This document shows positions 60,301-64,000 of a stretch of 64,000 bases of DNA, in pieces. Source of the DNA: Planctomycetota bacterium (GTDB lineage: Bacteria; Planctomycetota; Phycisphaerae; SM23-33); NCBI GenBank assembly GCA_022705325.1, contig JAKJER010000003.1, forward strand, positions 181,419-245,418. The letters are read 5' to 3'. Position 1 is the stretch's first letter, and every line of letters starts with the position of its first letter. The position numbers and the translations under genes were made by a program. The notes beneath the pieces were generated by a model, which was not told the origin of the DNA, searched no databases, and was given only the letters and a program-made list of their open reading frames with translations.

Positions 60301-63300
60301 CCATCTCCGCCAACCGCAACACCAACAGCGTGGTCGTCTCGGCGCCTAAGGAAGTCATGAAGCTCGTCGAGTCGATCATTCAGGAGTTGGACCAGTCGGC
60401 TCTCCAGTCCAAGACCGTGGTCCGCATGTACCCGCTCAAGCACGCCGAGGTCACGCCGACGGTGTCGGCCCTGCGGGAGATCTTCTCGCAGGCGGCCCGC
60501 ACCAGCCCGCTGCGCTCGTCCCGCACCGGTTCGACGCCCGGAGCCTCGCTGCGAGACGCCCCGATCGTCGTCACCGGCGACGAGGTCGGCAGGCAGATCA
60601 TCGTGTCCGCCCCCGTCACCCAGCATGAAACGGTCGCCAAGGTCATCCAGGACATCGACACCGCCCAGGGAGTCGGGCAGATCCTGGTGCAGGTCTACCG
60701 CATCCAGAACGCGGAGGCGACCAGCGTCGCCGCTTCACTCAGTACCATGTTCTCGTCGACGGCCTCCGCCGCCGGCACGGGGCGGCGTGTCCGCACTGCC
60801 ACCGGAGGCGGCGGCCCCAGGATCAGCGCCGACGCCAGCAGCAACTGCATCGTGGTGCGGGCCGTCCAGGAGGACCACGCCGAGATCACCCGTCTGCTGG
60901 AGGAACTGGACGCCTCGCCGGCCGACAAGTATCCCGTGCGCCGCATCCCCATCCAGAACGCAAGCCCCACCGTCCTGGCCACCAACCTGCGGGCGGTCTT
61001 CGCCGGCCGTTCAGGCACGGCTGGCGGGCGGCGAGGCGGTGCCGCCGGACGCGACGGACTGGTCATACAGCCTGACGAGGACGCCCGCATGCTCCTGGTC
61101 CGAGCGGACGAGGAGACCTACAAGAAGATCGAGGAGATGGTCCAGGCCCTCGATGCCGTCAGCGTCTCCGACAAGCTCCAGACCGTCATCATCCCGCTCG
61201 AACACGGGCAGGCGACCAGCGTGGCCGCCGCATTATCCCAGGCGTTCGGCGCCTCCGCACGCGGGGGACGCCGCTCCACCAGCCCCGAAGACGAAGTCCG
61301 CATCGCTGCGGAGACGTTCACCAACTCCATCCTGATCACCGCCAGCGAGAAGAATCTGCTGAAGATCCAGGCGATGGTCCAGAAGCTTGAGAAGGACACG
61401 GCCGGCGGGGTCAAGAGCGAGTTCCTTGTGCTCACCAACGCCAAGGCCGACGACCTGGCGACCGTCCTGGCACGCCTGGCCGGCGCGAGCGGACGCGGCG
61501 CCCGGGGCGCAGCCGGGACCGGCGGGGTCACCGTGGCCGCCGATGCCGCCGCCAACGCCCTGGTGTTCTCCGGACCGGCCGCCGAGGTCGCGAAGCTCTC
61601 GACGATGGCCAAGCAACTCGACCAGGCGGCTCAGGGCTCGGCTGTCCAGGTGTTCATGATCCCGTTGAAGAACAACATCGCGTCGGAGGTGGCAGCCGCC
61701 ATCCAGCAACTCCACGCCCAGCAGGCGGTGCGCCGCGGCGGGGCCGCTTCCCGCGAACCGCTCTCGGTCACGTTCGACGACTCCGCCAACGTCGTCGTCC
61801 TGTCCACCACCAAGCGACAGTATGACGAGATTTCACAGTGGGTGACCAAGTTCGAGGAACTGAAGGTCACGCGCGAAGCCCCGAAGATCATCGCCCTGGT
61901 CAACAGCGACCCGCAGGAGATCGAGCGGGCCCTTCGCCAGATGTTCGCCGGCGGGTCGGCCCCTGGAGGGCGCGGCTCGCGGACCGTTCGCACCACCGGC
62001 AAGGTCGAGATCGCCTCTCTGCCACAGCAGCGTGCCCTGCTGGTCAAGGCTGGCGCCGAGGACTTCAAGCTCATCAGCGATCTGGTCAAGTCGCTGGACG
62101 AGTCGGCCCCGACCGCCATGCCCAAGCAGACAATGGTCGCGCTGAAGCACGCGCCGGCCGCCAGCGTGGCCTCCGCCTTGACGGCGGCCTTCGGCCCCGG
62201 CAGGCGAGGGCGCACCGCCCTGGCCCGACCCGAGGATGAGGTCCGCGTCGTGGCCGAGGCGGCCTCCAACTCCGTCATCATCACCGCCGACGAGAAGAAC
62301 ACGACCGCCGTGCTGAGCCTGATCGCCAAGCTGGACACCGACGAGGCCTCGGGCAAGGCCCAGTTCCTGATCCTCAAGAAGGCCAAAGCCGTCGAGTTGG
62401 CCCGCGTGCTCAGCGCGGCCACGTCGCGGGGCGCCCGCAAGCCGGGCCAGCAGCCGCTGGTAGTCACGGCGGATGCCGCCAGCAACGCCCTGGTCCTCTC
62501 GGGCCCGCCCAACGACATCGAAGCCGCCATCGCCATGGCCACCAAGCTGGACGAGGCCGCCACGGCGGGCATCTCGGAAGTCTTCCTGATCCCGCTCAAG
62601 ACGGGCCAGGCCAGCGAGGTCGCCGCCACCGTACAGCAGATCTACCAGCAGCAGGCCGCGGCGACGCGCTCGGCGGGGCGGACGATCGACCCCCTCGCCG
62701 TCTCGGCTGATGACTCGGCCAACGTGATCATCCTGGCCACCACCAAGGTCATGCATGACCAGGTGAACCAGTGGATCGGCAAGGTCGAAGAGATGAAGGT
62801 CGGCCAGGGCGAGCCGCGCCTGGTCACGCTCGAGAACGCCGATGTGGCCGAGGTAGAGAAGGCCGTGCGGGCGTTGTTCATCACTGTCCGGGCGACCGCC
62901 GGGCGTGGCGCCCGCGGGGCGGCCGGGGCCACCGGCGCCCGTATCGAGGTGGCTTCCCTGCCCCAGCAGCGGGCCTTGCTGATCAAGTCCGGCGAGGAAG
63001 ACTTCAAGGCCATCAACGACCTGATCATGGCACTGGACGCAGCCGCCGTCACCCGCCTGAACAAGCAGACGATCATTCCGCTGAAGCACGCCCAGGCCAC
63101 CAGCGTAGCTCCGGCTTTGCAGTCGGCATTTCAGCAGCAGATTCGCGGGCGCGGAGCGGCGGTGAAGCCAGAAGATGAGGTCCGCATCATCGCCGAGCCG
63201 ATCTCCAACACATTGATCGTGGCTGCCAGCGACAAGAACACGGTCCTCGTGCAGGGCCTGGTGGCCAAGCTGGATACGGACGAGGCCTCGGGCAAGGCCC

Positions 63301-64000
63301 AGTTCCTGATTCTCCAGAAGGCCAAGGCGGTCGAACTGGCCAAGGTGCTGTCTACGGTGTCGGCCAGTCGCAGCCGTAAGCCCGGCCAGCAACCGCTGAT
63401 CATCACCGCCGACGTTGCCAGCAACGCCTTGGTCATGTCGGGCTCCGCGACCGAGATGGACGCGGCGATCAAGATGGCGCAGGAGTTGGACGGCGCCGCC
63501 AGCGAGAGCCTCGCGCAGGTATTCCTGATCACGCTCAAGAGCGGACAGGCCAGCGACGTGGCTGCCACGGTTCAGCAGATTTATCAGCAGCAGACGGCGG
63601 CCGCCCGCACCGCGGGCCGCTCCATCGATCCCCTGGCGGTCTCGGCGGATGACTCCGCCAACGTGCTCATCCTCTCAACCACCAAGGCGATGCATGACCA
63701 GGTGAACCAGTGGGTGCAGAAGGTTGAGGAGATGAAACTCAACCAGGAAGCGCCCCAGTTGGTCACCCTCGAGAACGCCGACGTCCAGGAAGTGGAGAAG
63801 GCCATCCGACAGATCTTCGTCTCCGGGAAGGTCAGCCGAACGGGAAAGGCCATCGGGAAGATCGAATTGGCCGTGTTGCCCCAGCAGCGAGCCTTGTTGA
63901 TCAAGGCGGGCGAGGAGGACTTCAAGGCCATCAACGAGTTGATCAAGTCCCTGGACGCTGCGGCCGTTGCCGCCAAGCACCAGCAGACGCTGATTACACT
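51351..64000 (+). CDS. Giant secretin-like protein, 3'-partial (more than 4,216 codons open to the window end). Signal peptide, Pro/Thr/Ala tandem linker, a secretin N0-like domain, and 40 or more tandem secretin-N (N1-type) domains. The secretin pore domain is presumably beyond the window.
   Basis: ATG at 51351 with an AGGAG RBS 8 nt upstream. Frame 0 was checked at 51351, 54291, 59400 and 63951 and is the same throughout. The ORF track lists no plus-strand frame-0 ORF anywhere in 51351-64000, so the frame has no stop codon. The recurring motif (F/Y)xLK(N/H)AxAxE(L/V)...TNSL(L/I)(I/V)(R/S)Axxx...(L/I)IxKLD, about every 80-95 aa, is the secretin_N (PF03958-type) signature of GspD/PilQ N1-N3 domains. 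The first globular domain (FLFQFSGCPYHEVIRKFA...NMRGFALIEFKRYLRVVQV) resembles N0. Codon usage and amino-acid composition are gene-like. The minus-strand ORFs across it have antisense-type G/R/L/V-rich composition. Confidence 0.75.
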   Translation, partial: MRTNWILAFAVISALAVALTAQTTKPSPQPATQPAAAPTTQPAVAAAPTTKPAVAAAPTTQPAVAAAPTTKPAVVAAPTTQPAVAAAPTTKPAVAAAPTTQPAVAAAPTTKPAVAAAPTTKPAVAAAPTTKPAVAAAPTTQPAVAAAPTVRPAGTYSKDSPKIFLFQFSGCPYHEVIRKFAQACKKPLLGEVEIPGSLTFFDSEPYCYEEALDTLNILLNMRGFALIEFKRYLRVVQVTELANNASILRGLDQVGDIRNEQVVTVLLPVENLDPEAASKAIVRMVSSYGSITPMPRGKGVLITDRLSSVRRIQDMIQMLDAERATASDIKTIQIKKASAKSVASVINQVLGGPSSSPERRSSSAPPASSGDSVSAYSDDRTNLLFLRGVGAKLQLAEQLVEKLDSEATSDVSDMRLIELKNARAEDVAKTISEVMPRDQIQVAGPPSSDSSRRHYPVTVAKGKVVAEPETNRLIVSAPLDVMVKIEELIKKLDVASDTSGGVKVLRLKTADAAQLAPIVSAAVAKQTLAAGGARRGMVTVTADSRTNSLVIVGPAGDIQAAEKLVAELDRPLDKEEERQIRIIQLPSGNAEKLASAISRVLDSSPSSHYGSSRYGSSSSRSQTSRPRIEADSGTNSLLISAAPSDWPQIESILKQIIPPPPPDQPAAATPLALTTPVLRHVPLKFAKAEDLATTLLSVFGTRRRSEAVSIIITPSARTNSLLISAAEPDQIAMGELIKTLDVDSSEKLDPVRIVELKVADAAKVADAIQAVLPPRPVGRRGETHQVTIHADTATNTLFIRAGEAEQKLIDEVIARMDKGAIDPTIVRETRIIALKFVPASQMAASVQQFFQSAGGSPSSPYGSSYYRRRSYSSASGEKAFDSLVVAAAPGDQALIVEGPKKKVDEVAAFVAKLDTQDTGQATIVRVYTLKEADAGEISRTLSATFSKKWQDQKRRDPKLADPEPSFEINAGANQLIIAATEKQLTEIDALIAQLEKAPAVTSQTKTFPLKHAKAEELVNVLQTMLTSGAPSPYSGYAYSRRSRSVEGELKIAAIAASNSLVIQGPPAKMAKAEQLIASFDTPQAGESSLISIVPLKAASASQLAVTLKNMLPPQSRERESELVIQADTASNSLLIRASATQRKIIDELIPKLDVELAEGTREMRVVPVMFVSASQIAQTVSQVFRGQNGTSSSSSSYRRSYYRSYDAPQAGPGSDEILITPAPNDRSIVIEAPKKKIEPIVQLIATLDVAEGTAKANQIRTYQLKNANAAEVSRVLSGMYTQRTSGYGEAPSARGGSGPTATPPKFDHDTATNQLVVSASDEQFVEIDALIKKLEEAPQLATQTKTFPLKHVRASEVLPVLTNLLSETPASTPEGYAGYSPYSSRRRYGASASSELRLAALPGANSIVAQGPPPKMLKVEQLIASFDTPQAGESSLITMVPLKNASAAKLAETLKSMLPAASRDKPSELVVQADTATNSLLIRADGTQRKMLDELILKLDVEVVQTAREMRVVPVQFVSAAQIAQTVSQVFLKQDASSSSYRRSSYYYRSYYRSYDEPEEPTRTGADADKIVVTASPNDRSVIVEAPKLKIEPVVQLITTLDVPEGTAKPQQIRTYQLKNANAAETARILSNMYAQRQNGSVSSYGEEGSPSRTAKSKIPAPKFDHDAGSNQLVISANDEQFVEIEALIKTLDETPQLATQTKTFPLKHARASEIVPLLTSLLSDTPSSPAVGSYSRYSSRSRYGASATAGEVHVATLPGTNSVIVQGPPAKLTQAEQLISTFDTPEAGGSSLVTVIPLKNASAVTLAETLRSMLPPPVRGRPEEIVIQADSLTNSLLVRAPEDQRKTIDDLIAKLDGGLADNAQTREMRIIPVKHLSAAQLAETVSVMYQQLREARRGLRARPVDPGEQVVITPSPNDRSIVVEAPKKKVEEIAKLVADLDTEENSFQILVRTYQLKTASASELARSLTNIFAAKVAGSASPGRRPGAVPNRAGPQPTFDVDAASNQLLVAATSEQLIEIEQLIQKMDNPEVQAVQTRIFPIQHAKADELVTLLQTMLNENPPSAAYGSSAYYSRRYRPTGSSSGDDIRISTLPGTNSIVVQGPPNKLTRAEQLIKSFDTPEAAVAATVTIIPIKNASAATLVETLRAMLPPVKGRAEEVFIQADILTNSVLIRAPETQRKMVTELVAKLDTQSELTREMRVIPLTFTSATQLASALQVMYQQHMATRGGPRAKPVDPAEQVIFTPAPHDQALVVEAPKKKMEEIAALIEKLDVQESPDRLTVRTYQLAENSDAVETARTLAKLFTETRVRPGAIAGNQQQPRFEADGVGNQLIIAATPKQFEEIEPLLKKLQDSAQLAVRSKTYQLKFAKAADIVQMLQSMLTGTTGRSRYSAYGDPAAASSEVRVAAVNGSNSVFVQGPPAKLAMADELIRTFDTEQAAARSVIQIIKLKNAQAASLAQAVNATLEARAARRPYGEQAGADDGKVTVTPEPNSNSLLVRGPLAEIPSVLEMIRDLDEGGTSAKSEVRIFPIKNSDAYELSTTLGRLVQDMIAQQTRARGDVPVPAFSIAADTRTNSLIVSTTSAYFAIVEQLLENLDKEQPIRDVQYIALTNAQAVDVAEKVNALFTDRKGSDKPVIEAEEYTNSLTVIAKAVDLLTIQEMVEKLDKGRRELQVRVVPIKQIKAERMAEIIQRVYGQTTSSRVIVTGQSPPTRMGIELPAPQPTPAPPPPAGKGPAASAKPWTGSVPRPATQPATRPTTRPESAPAAKDDGELEENPPITIAIDHKSNTLIISGPPQEIDNIQGLIDQMMTSPEEAEAEFRTYRIEHADPVVLAQTLEDMFNPKPKVVYLQARTGQPAQAPAEPPPPITVQADARTRSIVVRAKVIDFDMIEPLIKYLDQETSAHSELRVFPLENTEAGEVADNLKEMFNLAQKGTAAQPAPQPQAGRTAQRGRADRVRQVMDLQVAAGGSAKVDPYSAISISANRNTNSVVVSAPKEVMKLVESIIQELDQSALQSKTVVRMYPLKHAEVTPTVSALREIFSQAARTSPLRSSRTGSTPGASLRDAPIVVTGDEVGRQIIVSAPVTQHETVAKVIQDIDTAQGVGQILVQVYRIQNAEATSVAASLSTMFSSTASAAGTGRRVRTATGGGGPRISADASSNCIVVRAVQEDHAEITRLLEELDASPADKYPVRRIPIQNASPTVLATNLRAVFAGRSGTAGGRRGGAAGRDGLVIQPDEDARMLLVRADEETYKKIEEMVQALDAVSVSDKLQTVIIPLEHGQATSVAAALSQAFGASARGGRRSTSPEDEVRIAAETFTNSILITASEKNLLKIQAMVQKLEKDTAGGVKSEFLVLTNAKADDLATVLARLAGASGRGARGAAGTGGVTVAADAAANALVFSGPAAEVAKLSTMAKQLDQAAQGSAVQVFMIPLKNNIASEVAAAIQQLHAQQAVRRGGAASREPLSVTFDDSANVVVLSTTKRQYDEISQWVTKFEELKVTREAPKIIALVNSDPQEIERALRQMFAGGSAPGGRGSRTVRTTGKVEIASLPQQRALLVKAGAEDFKLISDLVKSLDESAPTAMPKQTMVALKHAPAASVASALTAAFGPGRRGRTALARPEDEVRVVAEAASNSVIITADEKNTTAVLSLIAKLDTDEASGKAQFLILKKAKAVELARVLSAATSRGARKPGQQPLVVTADAASNALVLSGPPNDIEAAIAMATKLDEAATAGISEVFLIPLKTGQASEVAATVQQIYQQQAAATRSAGRTIDPLAVSADDSANVIILATTKVMHDQVNQWIGKVEEMKVGQGEPRLVTLENADVAEVEKAVRALFITVRATAGRGARGAAGATGARIEVASLPQQRALLIKSGEEDFKAINDLIMALDAAAVTRLNKQTIIPLKHAQATSVAPALQSAFQQQIRGRGAAVKPEDEVRIIAEPISNTLIVAASDKNTVLVQGLVAKLDTDEASGKAQFLILQKAKAVELAKVLSTVSASRSRKPGQQPLIITADVASNALVMSGSATEMDAAIKMAQELDGAASESLAQVFLITLKSGQASDVAATVQQIYQQQTAAARTAGRSIDPLAVSADDSANVLILSTTKAMHDQVNQWVQKVEEMKLNQEAPQLVTLENADVQEVEKAIRQIFVSGKVSRTGKAIGKIELAVLPQQRALLIKAGEEDFKAINELIKSLDAAAVAAKHQQTLIT
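51459..51803 (+). repeat. Coding tandem repeat: about 11-12 copies of a 30-nt unit (A-P-T-T-[QK]-P-A-V-A-A), that is, a 60-nt Q/K-alternating unit x about 6, forming a Pro/Thr/Ala linker after the signal peptide of the giant gene
   Basis: Near-perfect nucleotide repeats accacc(c/a)ag(c/g)c(c/g)gccgt(c/t)gc(t/c)gc(c/t)gc(g/a)ccg were read directly. The repeat is in frame with the gene. Matching ORF-track repeats: 51511-51801 (+) and 51344-51835 (-). Confidence 0.8.

Overview
This is a high-GC window that looks like Planctomycetota (see evidence below), and I annotated about 45 protein-coding genes in it; the most unusual is a gene of more than 4,200 codons that runs off the 3' end and encodes a secretin-like protein built from 40 or more tandem N-domains. 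Evidence for the taxonomic guess: a DUF1559 prepilin-like protein, long Pro/Thr/Ala tandem linkers, a PPi-type phosphofructokinase, PQQ beta-propeller proteins and a very large gene. Many of the long ORFs in the six-frame track are antisense or alternate-frame artefacts of real high-GC genes. I have recorded these under noticed_but_rejected.

The supported genes, from left to right, are:
- uvrA (49-3198, +).
- A 43-nt tandem repeat (3307-3401).
- A DUF1559 prepilin-type N-methylation-domain protein (about 3785-4633, +).
- A GH4 NAD-dependent glycosidase (4749-6176, -).
- A 1084-aa secreted PQQ-like beta-propeller protein (6267-9521, -).
- A secreted HEAT-repeat plus LamG protein (9587-11047, -).
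- A minus-strand hydrogenase supercluster with three parts:
  - a group 3b (sulfhydrogenase-like) [NiFe]-hydrogenase operon in the order beta-gamma-delta-alpha (14181-15275, 13314-14162, 12544-13311, 11214-12518);
  - a two-component system immediately upstream: a polytopic sensor histidine kinase (15199-16725) and a stand-alone receiver (16742-17125);
  - the maturation genes hypF-hypC-hypD-hypE (17182-22199).
- An alpha/beta-hydrolase esterase (22491-23333, +).
- A YmdB-like metallophosphoesterase (23360-24202, -).
- A small Cys-containing protein (24377-24700, +).
- Bacterioferritin (24827-25297, -).
- A PFK-A family (probably PPi-dependent) phosphofructokinase (25799-27016, -).
- accB and accC (27019-28922, -).
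- An Xaa-Pro aminopeptidase (28988-30109, -).
- A bPH-like membrane protein (30195-31437, -).
- purH (31594-33219, -).
- A PQQ-like lipoprotein (33390-34709, -).
- A secreted esterase translationally coupled to a SagB-type dehydrogenase, followed by a GH3-family (ANL) acyl-acid amido synthetase (35294-38631, +).
- A secreted multi-EF-hand protein (38712-40163, -).

The remaining 40% of the window is one plus-strand type II secretion / type IV pilus-like locus. It contains:
- gspE (40508-42184);
- gspF (42403-43605);
- the major pseudopilin gspG (43742-44209);
- three minor pseudopilins of H/I/J type (44166-46303);
- gspK with helix-hairpin-helix domains (46462-47865);
- a PilM-PilN-like GspL fusion (48071-50029);
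- a GspM/PilO-like protein (50022-51098);
- a gene starting at 51351 that is still open at position 64000 (more than 4,216 codons).

That last gene is absent from the ORF track. The track apparently requires a stop codon, and this frame has none before the window ends. It encodes, in order:
- a signal peptide;
- a perfect 10-aa x 12 Pro/Thr/Ala tandem linker;
- a secretin N0-like domain;
- 40 or more tandem secretin-N (N1-type, TNSL...ELIxKLD) domains, organised in two families of near-identical 4-domain super-repeats.

The secretin pore domain itself would lie beyond the window. This giant poly-N-domain secretin-like gene at the end of a complete T2SS operon is the most notable feature. I rank the hydrogenase, two-component and hyp supercluster and the esterase/SagB/GH3 cluster next. 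I did not recognise any rRNA, tRNA, CRISPR or obvious mobile elements.
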